Part shown: positions 30,205 through 38,971 of the stretch, piece after piece
Position numbering within the stretch: the first letter of the stretch is position 1
Layout: each line of letters opens with the position of its first letter
Notes under the pieces: model-generated
Databases searched by the model: none
Told to the model about the DNA's origin: nothing
What the model saw: the letters and a program-made list of their open reading frames with translations, nothing else
NCBI GenBank assembly: GCA_041617635.1
Contig: JBFJOO010000006.1
Span: 18,756 to 82,755, forward strand
Origin: Burkholderiales bacterium
Lineage (GTDB): Bacteria; Pseudomonadota; Gammaproteobacteria; Burkholderiales; SG8-39
Direction of reading: 5' to 3'
Length of the DNA stretch: 64,000 nucleotides
Made by a program: the position numbers and the translations under genes

Positions 30205-30618
30205 ATGGCCGACACCATACGCAAGACCGACTACTTCGCGATTCAGGTTCCGAACCGCCCGGGTTCCGGCGCGCGCGTCCTCGCCGGGCTCAAGGCGGAG
30301 GGCGTCAACCTGATTGCATTCACGGCGTTTCCGAACGGGAAGACGGCGCAAGTCGACCTGGTTCCAGAGCGCACCGCGACGCTTCGCCGCGCGGCGAAAA
30401 AGCTCAACCTTCGCCTGGGCAAGCGCAAGACGTGCTTCATCATTCGCGGTGACGATCGGGTGGGCGCGCTCGCGAACACGTTGCAGCGATTGGCGGCCGC
30501 GCGTATCAACGTCAGGGCGCTCGATGCGGTCATCGCCGGCAAGGGCCGGTACGGAGCAGTGTTCTGGGTCAACCCGAAGAGCGTGGCGCGGACGTCGCGG
30601 CTGCTCCGAGCTCGATAA
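30205..30618 (+). CDS. Tandem ACT domain protein
   Basis: Two ACT-like repeats (VPNRPGSGARV; GDDRVGALA). GAGGAGG RBS. Confidence 0.8.
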   Translation: MADTIRKTDYFAIQVPNRPGSGARVLAGLKAEGVNLIAFTAFPNGKTAQVDLVPERTATLRRAAKKLNLRLGKRKTCFIIRGDDRVGALANTLQRLAAARINVRALDAVIAGKGRYGAVFWVNPKSVARTSRLLRAR

Positions 30619-30629
30619 AGCCTGCGGGC

Positions 30630-30676
30630 AAAAAAATCCTCGAGGCGGCTGAGGAGGAGGGTGCGCCGCCCCGAGG
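30630..30676 (-). terminator. Intrinsic terminator, minus strand
   Basis: 12-bp stem CCTCGGGGCGGC/GCCGCCTCGAGG followed by A-T7 on the minus strand. There is no T-run on the plus side. Confidence 0.8.
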
Positions 30677-30780
30677 GTCCACAGGAGAGAATGAAACTGC
30701 CGGAGTGCGCTGCCTGCATTGCGCGAGACATCGCACCCAAGCATCGAGGGGCCCGCCTTGCGGCGCGCCCCGCGACTGAT
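30630..30780 (-). ncRNA. Candidate trans-acting small RNA (~150 nt)
   Basis: Promoter upstream, four predicted hairpins (two with GCAA loops, two with CU-rich loops), a terminal stem plus U7, and no start-to-stop ORF inside. Confidence 0.65.
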
Positions 30781-30784
30781 TCCA

Positions 30785-30814
30785 AGCTTAGAGACTGTCT
30801 AATTATCTGTCCAA
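30785..30814 (-). promoter_or_regulatory. Sigma70-type promoter, minus strand
   Basis: TTGGAC-18 nt-TAAGCT in an AT-rich patch. Confidence 0.65.
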
Positions 30815-30850
30815 TCGATCCGGGCAATCAGGATAATCATCCTGGTTGAT
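30814..30850 (-). promoter_or_regulatory. Paired LysR (NodD/MexT/NahR-type) binding boxes
   Basis: Minus strand reads ATC-N9-GAT-N7-ATT-N9-GAT, ending exactly at the -35 hexamer. Confidence 0.7.
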
Positions 30851-30999
30851 ATCTGCGGCCCCACGCCCCGGAAAACATCCCAGGGCGTTTGGAATTCGCG
30901 CCATGGGCGCTCAGGGTGGCCGAGCGACGTCGCCCGACCCGACGTTTCGCGGGTACGACATTGATCGGCGTGATCGAACCGAGCTAGAGTATTGCCCGT

Positions 31000-31977
31000 A
31001 TGGATATTCGCGACGTTGATCTGAACCTGCTGGTGGCGCTGGATGCACTGCTCGCCGAGCGTAGCGTCACCCGCGCGGCGCAGCGGTTGAGCCTGAGCCA
31101 ACCGGCGATGTCCGCGGCTCTGGCACGGCTGCGCATCCTGTTCACCGATCCGTTGCTGCTGCGAACCGCGCGCGGAATGCTCCCCACGGCCAAGGGCGTC
31201 GAGCTCGCGGCGCCAGTCAAGCAGGTGCTCGACGAGATTGGACGGATCGTCCGGCAGGCCGAGGCGTTCGATCCGGCGCGCGCGGAAGTGACGTTCACCA
31301 TCACGGCGTCCGACTACGTGGAGTTCACCATCCTGCCGCGCCTCGTGGACCACGTCGAAGCCCGTGCACCCGGCTGCCGGCTGGCCGTTCGGCCGATCAA
31401 CTTTGCGTCCCTGCCGGAGCAGCTCGAGCGGGGCGAAGTCGACCTCGCGCTGGTGAGCGCCACCAACGCGCCGGAGAACGCACGGCTGCGGCCGCTCTAC
31501 CCCGAGCGTTTCGTCTGTGCCGTCCGGCGCGGCCATCCGCGCGCGGCGAAGCAGATCACGCTGGACGAGTTCTGCGCGCTCGAGCACGTGCTCATCTCAC
31601 CGAGTGGCGGTGCCTTCGTCGCGCAGACCGACGCCGCCCTAGCCGCGCTCGGCCGCAGCCGCAGCGTGCGGCTCTCGGTCCCGCACTTTCTCCTCATTCC
31701 CGAGATTCTCGCGCGGTCCGACATGATGGCCGTATTGCCGGAGCGCCTCGCGCGCGCCCATGCCGACCGACTGCACGTCATGGAGATCCCCTTCGAGTTG
31801 CCGCCTTACACGATCGCGCAGGTGTGGCACGAGCGGACGCATCGCGATCCCGCGCGCGCGTGGCTGCGCCAGGCGCTCGCGGAGCTCATGGAGAAGGAGG
31901 GCGCGCCGATGCCGCGGATTCCGCGTCAGCAAAAGCGCACCCGCCGGGGCGACCGCCGCGCGACCCAGGCGGTCTGA
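31000..31977 (+). CDS. LysR family transcriptional regulator (NodD/NahR/MexT-like subfamily)
   Basis: DLNLLVALDALLAERSVTRAAQRLSLSQPAMSAAL HTH, ASDY and WHERTHRDP...WLR. Confidence 0.96.
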   Translation: MDIRDVDLNLLVALDALLAERSVTRAAQRLSLSQPAMSAALARLRILFTDPLLLRTARGMLPTAKGVELAAPVKQVLDEIGRIVRQAEAFDPARAEVTFTITASDYVEFTILPRLVDHVEARAPGCRLAVRPINFASLPEQLERGEVDLALVSATNAPENARLRPLYPERFVCAVRRGHPRAAKQITLDEFCALEHVLISPSGGAFVAQTDAALAALGRSRSVRLSVPHFLLIPEILARSDMMAVLPERLARAHADRLHVMEIPFELPPYTIAQVWHERTHRDPARAWLRQALAELMEKEGAPMPRIPRQQKRTRRGDRRATQAV

Positions 31978-32038
31978 CCGGTCGGACGGCGGCGTCTTCG
32001 GGGGCGAACGGTCGCGCTCGCCCTGCAGCGCGGCGCAA

Positions 32039-32665
32039 TCAGAGAGCCTTCGCCTCCTTCAGGAGCTGCGCCACCCGTTCTGCCAGACGGGCGTACCCGC
32101 GCCCGTTCGGATGGATCGGGTCCGATTTGAGCTCGTTGTCGGTGAGGATTTCTGCGAGTGCATCCCGCTCGACCGGGAGGTTGAGCTCTTCGCCAACCTC
32201 GATGTAGACCCGATGTGCCGAGGGGAAGAGCCCGGGCTTCGGCACCGCGATGAGCAGCACGGGTATGCCGCGATCGCGGGCGAGGCGCACCATCGCCCGC
32301 AGGTTCGCGGCGAGCGCAGCGGAGTCAAGCTTGCGCAGGATATCGTTGCCGCCATGGCAGAGGATGAGGAGCTGCGGGTGGACCTGGTCGAGAACGGCAG
32401 GCAGGCGGGCGAGCCCGCTCGCGCTCACCTCGCCCGGCACGCCCGCCGAGACGACCTTGCGACCGATCAGCCGCTCGAGCTCTGCGGGATAGCTTTGCGC
32501 CGCCGCGGCACCCGTGCCGAACGTCAGGCTGTCCCCGAGGGCGAGCACCACGGCATCGGGGGCGAGCGGCGCCAGCCGCGGCACCGATTTCCCGCAGCCG
32601 GCGAGCGCGCCGGCAAGGGCAAGCATCCCCGCGTAGGCGATGGCACGCAGCAGGTGGGATGGCAT
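32039..32665 (-). CDS. SGNH/GDSL arylesterase, probable lipoprotein
   Basis: GDSLT, GGND and DPIHPN motifs. Lipobox LAGC. Confidence 0.9.
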   Translation of the reverse strand: MPSHLLRAIAYAGMLALAGALAGCGKSVPRLAPLAPDAVVLALGDSLTFGTGAAAAQSYPAELERLIGRKVVSAGVPGEVSASGLARLPAVLDQVHPQLLILCHGGNDILRKLDSAALAANLRAMVRLARDRGIPVLLIAVPKPGLFPSAHRVYIEVGEELNLPVERDALAEILTDNELKSDPIHPNGRGYARLAERVAQLLKEAKAL

Positions 32666-32667
32666 CG

Positions 32668-34503
32668 TCAGTAGAGCGGGAAGAAGTGCGGCACCAGCAG
32701 CGACAGCGAGACCCACATGATAACGAGCAACGGCAGGCCGCCCCGCACGAAGTCCGCGAACCGGTAGCCCGCGGCGCTCATCACGAGCAGGTTGGTCTGG
32801 TAGCCCATCGGCGTGACGTAGCACAGGTTGGCGCCGAACAGGATGGCCAGCACGAACGGTTCCGGCGCTGTGCCCAGCCCGTTCGCGATCTGGATCGCGA
32901 TCGGAGTCCCGACCGCAGCGGCGGCGTTGTTCGACACGAAATTCGTGATCAGCGCCATGAGCAGCATCAGCAGCGAAGCGATCCATTGCGGCGGCAGTCC
33001 TTCGACTAGCCGCAGAAAGCCAGCTGCCAGGAAATCGATCCCGCCGGTGAAATTCAGCGCCTGACCGAGGGCCAGACTCGCCGCTACGAGCAGCACGACC
33101 TTGGAGCTCAGCGCGGCGCGCGCTTCCTGCCAGTTGATGCAACCGGTGGCGACGAGCAGGGTCACCCCCAGGAGCGCACCGATCGAGATCGGCACGAGCT
33201 GCGTCGCCGCGGCTGCCACCACGGCCACGATGACGGCGATGGCGATGGGCGCTTTCCGCGAGCGCGGCAGCATGATCGTCTCATCCAGCATGAGCAGGCC
33301 CGTGAAGTCCCGAACCTCCTTCAGGCGCTCCTCGTTGCCTTGCACGAGCAGGACGTCTCCCACCTCCAGCACGGTCTCGTTGACGTCCTTCGGCTTCACC
33401 GCCCGGGCCCCGGATGGCCGGTGCAGCGCGAGGACCGCCACGCCGTAGACGTCCGAGAAGCGCAGGCGCTGCAGGGTGGTGCGCGCGACGAGCGAGTCGT
33501 CCGTCACGACGACCTGGACGAGCCGCTGATCGCCGATGCGCAGCGGGTGCTCGTTGTCCACCGGATGCTCCTGATCGCCCGGATCGTAGAGCGTTGCGCC
33601 CAGGAGCTGCTCGTACTCCTTCAGGTTCTCCGGCGTGTCGCTGACGTGCAGCCGGTCGCCGGCGCGCAGCGTGAGCGAGGGCAGCCTGGCGAGGAACATG
33701 TTGTCACCCCGCTCGATATCCTCGATCCGAATGCGTCCGTCGGTCTTCTCGTACATCTCGCTCAGCTTGCGGCCGTTGGCGAACCCGTCCTCGCGGACGT
33801 TCAGCACCGCAGCGAAGCGCCGCGGCGGTTCTTGCTGGATCGGGCTCGACCGGTTCCTCAGCAGCCGTGGCAGGACGAGCCAGAGGTAGAGGAGTCCGCC
33901 GATACCGGCCAGCATCACGACCGGATAGAACTCGAACACGGTGAACCGCCGCACCCCGAGGTCCGCGGCGATCGACACGACGAGCAGATTGGTCGAAGTT
34001 CCGATCGACGTCGCCATGCCGCCGATCAGCACGGCGTAGTTCATGGGCAGGAGCATGCTCCCCGCGGGCGTGCTGGTCCGCAATGCGACCCCCAGCAGGA
34101 TCGGCATCATCACCACGACGACGGGCGTGTCGTTCACGATGCCGCTCGCCGCGAAACAGAATACGAGCACGGTGACGAGCGCCACGCGCGGCGAGCGGGC
34201 CCAGAGCCGCGCGATGGCGCCGGCGACGGGATCCAACGCTCCGGTGACGGCGAGGCCCTTGCCGATGATCATCAACCCGCTGATCGCCACCAGCGCCTCG
34301 TGCCCGAACCCGAGGAAGAGCGAAACCGGCGCGAACTGCTCGCCGTTGCGCGCGTACGGGAAGATCTGGAAACCGAGCGTGAGCGCGGCGAGCACGCCGA
34401 TGCTGGTCGTCTGGATAGGGATCCGCTCGCGCATGAAGAGCGCGAACGCGATCCCGGTCAGCGCCAGGACGGCGATCGCGTGCGCATCGAGCGGGGCGGT
34501 CAT
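32668..34503 (-). CDS. SLC13/CitMHS-type permease with two TrkA-C domains
   Basis: NDTPVV, IGTSTNLL, SNNAAA and TPMGYQTN, with central TrkA-C repeats. Confidence 0.92.
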   Translation of the reverse strand: MTAPLDAHAIAVLALTGIAFALFMRERIPIQTTSIGVLAALTLGFQIFPYARNGEQFAPVSLFLGFGHEALVAISGLMIIGKGLAVTGALDPVAGAIARLWARSPRVALVTVLVFCFAASGIVNDTPVVVVMMPILLGVALRTSTPAGSMLLPMNYAVLIGGMATSIGTSTNLLVVSIAADLGVRRFTVFEFYPVVMLAGIGGLLYLWLVLPRLLRNRSSPIQQEPPRRFAAVLNVREDGFANGRKLSEMYEKTDGRIRIEDIERGDNMFLARLPSLTLRAGDRLHVSDTPENLKEYEQLLGATLYDPGDQEHPVDNEHPLRIGDQRLVQVVVTDDSLVARTTLQRLRFSDVYGVAVLALHRPSGARAVKPKDVNETVLEVGDVLLVQGNEERLKEVRDFTGLLMLDETIMLPRSRKAPIAIAVIVAVVAAAATQLVPISIGALLGVTLLVATGCINWQEARAALSSKVVLLVAASLALGQALNFTGGIDFLAAGFLRLVEGLPPQWIASLLMLLMALITNFVSNNAAAAVGTPIAIQIANGLGTAPEPFVLAILFGANLCYVTPMGYQTNLLVMSAAGYRFADFVRGGLPLLVIMWVSLSLLVPHFFPLY

Positions 34504-34564
34504 GGCACGATCGGACGGATCAACCGACCAGCAGGGCTCGCACGCGACGCAGGGTGGCTCGACT

Positions 34565-36496
34565 TCACGCCGTCTTCACGATGAGCACCGCGCACTGTAT
34601 CCGATCCAGGACCTGCTCGGCATTGCTGCCAAGGAGCAGACGCTCGAATCCGGTGCGGCCATGGCTGCCCAGAATGACGAGATCCGAATTCTTGCGCTCC
34701 GCCGTATCGACGATCATCTCGGGCACCGGCCCCACGGGAACTTCGCCCTCGGTGTCGATCGCTTCCTTGCCGAGCAGCGTGACCAGCCGGTCGACGACCA
34801 CCGGCGCCTCCTTGCGGCGATCCTCGCTGTGCGTGGGCACGTCGATCGAGATGACCGTCACCGGCGCGCCGCACAGTTTGGCAAGGTTTCGCGCGGCGAC
34901 CGCGGCCGCGTCTCCGAACCGCGAGCCATCGGAGGCCAGTACGAATCGCCGGCCGGTGATCTCCGCGTAGGCCGGCACCACGAGAACCGCGCAGTGCGCG
35001 CGCTGTACGACGTCCCGGGTCGGATTTCCCGCCAGGAAGCGCGTCACGCCGCGCTCGCTACGGCCACCCATGAAGATGAGATCCGCGTGCCACCGATCCG
35101 CCTCGCCGATGATCTGCTCATAGCGCTTGGTGCCCTGCACGACCTGGCTTTCGCATTCCACGCCGGCAGCGATGGCGCGGGCCTTGATTGCGTCGAGGCG
35201 CGCGCGCGCCGAGTCCATTTCCTTGTCGAGCAGCTGCTCGCCCAGCGTCTCGTGCTCCACGCCACCCGCGACGACCGAGAGAACGTAGACCCGCGCGCCA
35301 CACTTCTGCGCGAGACGCAGCGCCTCGCGCACGGCACCCTCACTCGATTCGGATCCATCGGTCGCCACGAGAAAGCGCTCGAATCGACCCACCGGCGATA
35401 GTTGCACGGGCGCGGCCACAGGCGCCGGGGCGACGGCCGCGGCACGCGCTTCGGCCGCACGATCTTCGCGAATCCCCACGCGCAGCGCCGCGAGGATGAT
35501 CAATGCTCCGGTGGCGAGGGCGAGCACCATGATCCCGAAGCTCGTGCCGGAAAGCAGCTTCGCGGTGCCGGCGCTCAGACGGTCGACGAGCTCGAGCTCG
35601 GACAGATACACGGGGATGACGAATCCACGACTGACGAGCACCATCACCATGATGACGCCCATCACGAGCTTGATCATGTAGGGCTTCACGTAGGTCGTGC
35701 CGATCGCGCCGAGCTGGATGCCGAACAGCGACCCGGCGAGAATGATCATGGCAAGGCGGATGTCCACGAGCCCGCTCCAGGCGAACTTGATCGTCCCGCC
35801 GAGGCCCATCACGAACGCGATGACCAGCTCGGTGGCCGATGCCATCAGGCTCGGAGCGCCGAGCACATAGTGCATGCCCGGCACGCCGATGAACCCCCCG
35901 ACCGCGATGGTGGCGGCGAGCATGCCGGTGGCAAAGCCGAGCGGAATGGTGAAGAGCACCGACACCCTGGCGTCGAGGCTCTTGAAGTACATCATCGTGT
36001 ACGGGATGTTCACCGACTGCACCCAGCGCGCGAGCCGCCCGGTCACCTCCCGTGCCGCGCCGGCCCCGCTCCGATAGGTCCGGATCGCGTCGCGAAGGAC
36101 GTAGCCGCCGACGATGGCGAGCACGACGATGAACGCCATGCTGACGTAGAGATTCGATCCGGCATCGCCGTATGCGCGCTTGATGTTCTCCTGCACCTGG
36201 GCGCCGTAGAGCACGCCGGCCTCCGCGGAGACGCCCATCACGAGGCCGAGCTTCACGTCGACCTGACCGTACCGCGCCCGTTTGATCGCGCCGACCAGGG
36301 CTTTGGGAAACTTGTGACAGAGGTTGGAGGCGACCGCGACGATGCCGGGCACGCCCAGGCTCATCATTGCGGGCGTCAGCACGAACGCGCCACCCGAGCC
36401 GATGAACCCGCTCACCAGGCCGCCAATGAATCCGACGACGAACAGGTAGGCGACGTTGAACGGATCGAGCTGGATGAAGTTGGTCGCGGCGTCCAC
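34565..36496 (-). CDS. TauE/SafE exporter fused to two universal stress protein domains
   Basis: GFIGSGG...AVGGFIGVP multi-TM part, then FLVATDGS...FMGGR and ASDGS...LGSHGRTG...LGSNAE, all in one open frame. Confidence 0.88.
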   Translation of the reverse strand: MDAATNFIQLDPFNVAYLFVVGFIGGLVSGFIGSGGAFVLTPAMMSLGVPGIVAVASNLCHKFPKALVGAIKRARYGQVDVKLGLVMGVSAEAGVLYGAQVQENIKRAYGDAGSNLYVSMAFIVVLAIVGGYVLRDAIRTYRSGAGAAREVTGRLARWVQSVNIPYTMMYFKSLDARVSVLFTIPLGFATGMLAATIAVGGFIGVPGMHYVLGAPSLMASATELVIAFVMGLGGTIKFAWSGLVDIRLAMIILAGSLFGIQLGAIGTTYVKPYMIKLVMGVIMVMVLVSRGFVIPVYLSELELVDRLSAGTAKLLSGTSFGIMVLALATGALIILAALRVGIREDRAAEARAAAVAPAPVAAPVQLSPVGRFERFLVATDGSESSEGAVREALRLAQKCGARVYVLSVVAGGVEHETLGEQLLDKEMDSARARLDAIKARAIAAGVECESQVVQGTKRYEQIIGEADRWHADLIFMGGRSERGVTRFLAGNPTRDVVQRAHCAVLVVPAYAEITGRRFVLASDGSRFGDAAAVAARNLAKLCGAPVTVISIDVPTHSEDRRKEAPVVVDRLVTLLGKEAIDTEGEVPVGPVPEMIVDTAERKNSDLVILGSHGRTGFERLLLGSNAEQVLDRIQCAVLIVKTA

Positions 36497-36511
36497 GGAC
36501 GGTTTCCCGGA

Positions 36512-36814
36512 CTACCGCTTGGCCCTGACGCCCAGCACTTCCCAGAAATGGCCGGTGAACGTGCCGTGCGCGATCGAAAAGACGAACGCGATGATCACCG
36601 GAATCAGAAAGTACCAGCCCCCGCGCGCGGAACTCTCGAGAATGGGCTCGTCGAAGGCGTACAGACCGGCGTACAGGACGACACTTGTCAGGCCCAGGAA
36701 CACCAGTTTGACGAGCTGCCTGCTCCTGCTGCTTCCCGTGCCTGCCAACGCTCCGACCTCCCATCCGGTTCGGGTCGCCGCGCCGGCGGCTGCGATCCCG
36801 TCGCCCACCGCCAC
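36512..36814 (-). CDS. Small membrane protein upstream of the TauE-USP gene
   Basis: Two hydrophobic helices (GGWYFLIP...HGTFTGHFW). An alternative TTG start at 36748 follows GGAGG. Confidence 0.75.
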   Translation of the reverse strand: MAVGDGIAAAGAATRTGWEVGALAGTGSSRSRQLVKLVFLGLTSVVLYAGLYAFDEPILESSARGGWYFLIPVIIAFVFSIAHGTFTGHFWEVLGVRAKR

Positions 36815-36983
36815 CGTGACGGGGCATCATGCCCCGCCGCGCCCGCCGTCCGTGCAACGGGAAAATGGTAGCACGGCGCCAAGCGCTGACTGTATAGCGA
36901 GTTTGAAGGGCGCGATAAGGTGTTCTGCAGCGCAACCGCCCGCGACGCGCCAGCGCAGGCCGCGATCGCCGTGAGGCGAATCG

Positions 36984-38798
36984 TTATTTCACGCGGTCCG
37001 GGTCGCCGCCTTGCGAGTCGTCCCCAGGCTCCGGGGGCGGCAGGCTTGCGCATTCAACGAACACACGCGCCCGGCAGCGTGCACAGATCTGCCGATCGAG
37101 TTTTGGGAAGAGCGTTGTGATCGCATCGCTCTTGGTCGAGAAGAAGTTCTCCGCGCCGATCTGGCCGAGGAACTCCGGCTTCTTCAGCAACTCCTCCGCC
37201 TCGGCGCGCGCGCCGTGGAAGTACAGCCCCCCGCCGAGCGCGCGACGCATGCGTGCCTCCCGGACCAGAAGCTCGGCGCCCGCCACGTCCACGAACCGCA
37301 CGCCCTTCACCATCAGCACGAGGCGCCTCTGGTCCGGTGAGCGCTCGCGAAGCCAGTCGAGATAGGTCTCCACATGGTTGACGGCGCCGAAGTAGATGGA
37401 GCCCTCAACGCGCAGGAATTTCAACTGCGGGCATTCCTGCAGGTTCTCGCGCAGGTCGGTGAACTTGCGGCTCGTCCGCGCAGGATCGGGAGCGAGACCG
37501 ATCAGCCGTGGCCGCGCCGTGCGGTGGAGATAGAGGACGAGCGACACGAACACGCCCAGCAGGATCGCAAATTCGAGCTCGAGGAGCAGCGCAGAGACGA
37601 AAGTCAGCGTGAGCACCCCGGTCTCGGCCCGGCTGGTGCGCACGATGGTGCGGATGGACGCGAAGTCGAAGAGCCGCCACGCGACCAGGAACAGGATTGC
37701 CGCCATGGACGCCACAGGGAGGTAGGCGACCAGCGGCGCGATCGCGAGGACGATCACGACGAGCAGCAACGCTGCGAAGACCGCGGCGAGCGGCGTTCGC
37801 GCCCCGGCCTCGTAGTTCGCGCCCGATCGGTTGAACGAGGCGCTGGTCGGGAAGCCGGAGAAGAAGCTCGCGACGATGTTCGCAAGCCCCTGACCGATGA
37901 ACTCCTGATTTCCGTCGATGCGCTGGCCGGACTTGAGCGCAATCGCGCGGGCGATCGACACGGCTTCCGTGAGGCCGAGCACGACGACCCCGAGCGCGAT
38001 CGCAAGCAGCTTCCGGAACGTGTCGAGGTCGAACGAGGGCGCGGAAAGCCCGGGGAGCGCTGCCGGGAGTGCTCCCAGCGTGCGGATCCCGGAATGGGTC
38101 TCGCCCAGCTCGTAGTTGATGCCGTAGGCGAGCACGCTGCCCACGAGCAGCGCCGCGATCATGTACGGAAACCGCGGAATCCACCGGCGCGCCATGACTC
38201 CTGCAGCGAAGGTCACGCCGGCCACCAGCACGACGTACGGGTTCGCGCGAAGCGGATCCAGCAGAAACGCCGCCCAGGTCTGCAGAAAGGATTGACCGGG
38301 CGGGATCGCCATCCCGAAGAAATTGCTCAGCTGGCTGGTGATGATCAGGGCGCCGGCGCCCGCGGTGAATCCGACCACGACGGTGTGCGAGATGAAGTTG
38401 ACGAGCGCGCCCAGGCGCAGCACGCCCATCGTCAGCATGATCAGACCGGCCATGAACGACAGCGTGAGGACCAGGCTCACGTACTGCGCCGAGCCCGGCA
38501 CTGCGAGCGGCGCCACGGTGGCGAACACGAACAGGGACACCGCATTGGTCGGGCCGGTCACGGCATGCAGCGACGATCCGAAGAGGGCCGCGACGACGGT
38601 CGGCACCATCGCCGCGTACAGCCCGTACTCGGGGGGCATACCGGCCAGCGTGGCGAACGCGACCCCCTGGGGAACCACGATGATTGCGCCAATCAGTCCG
38701 GCAAACAGGTCCGCGCGGAAGGTCTCGCGCGTGACGAGCGGCCACCAGCGCAGCGGCGGGAGGACGCGGGCGATCGAACGCAGGCGGATGGCAAACAT
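36984..38798 (-). CDS. SulP family anion transporter with STAS domain
   Basis: PQGVAFA, GLYAAM, GPTNAVS, NQEFIGQG, SFNRS and STAS IYFGAV. Confidence 0.94.
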   Translation of the reverse strand: MFAIRLRSIARVLPPLRWWPLVTRETFRADLFAGLIGAIIVVPQGVAFATLAGMPPEYGLYAAMVPTVVAALFGSSLHAVTGPTNAVSLFVFATVAPLAVPGSAQYVSLVLTLSFMAGLIMLTMGVLRLGALVNFISHTVVVGFTAGAGALIITSQLSNFFGMAIPPGQSFLQTWAAFLLDPLRANPYVVLVAGVTFAAGVMARRWIPRFPYMIAALLVGSVLAYGINYELGETHSGIRTLGALPAALPGLSAPSFDLDTFRKLLAIALGVVVLGLTEAVSIARAIALKSGQRIDGNQEFIGQGLANIVASFFSGFPTSASFNRSGANYEAGARTPLAAVFAALLLVVIVLAIAPLVAYLPVASMAAILFLVAWRLFDFASIRTIVRTSRAETGVLTLTFVSALLLELEFAILLGVFVSLVLYLHRTARPRLIGLAPDPARTSRKFTDLRENLQECPQLKFLRVEGSIYFGAVNHVETYLDWLRERSPDQRRLVLMVKGVRFVDVAGAELLVREARMRRALGGGLYFHGARAEAEELLKKPEFLGQIGAENFFSTKSDAITTLFPKLDRQICARCRARVFVECASLPPPEPGDDSQGGDPDRVK

Positions 38799-38971
38799 GG
38801 GCCGGATTCCTGCGCTCCCGGGAGCGCAATTCACCATGTTAGCAAACGGTCCCGGCCCGGCGAGCGATCGAACGCGGTCGTTCCGTGGACGCACCCGATT
38901 GCCGTGCGCGCGCCGGGCGGCCCGGTCCTTCGCTTCGACCGGCCCGGGCAGAATCGGGTAGGCTCGGCAAG

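Noticed and set aside
30691-30849. Plus-strand 52-aa Cys-rich ORF (MKLPECAAC...) with a perfect AGGAGAG RBS
   Set aside because: It lies antisense to the promoter, LysR boxes and hairpins, and no plus-strand promoter is evident. The RBS-like text is explained as the complement of the sRNA seed loop. It is not fully excluded; Ribo-seq would decide.
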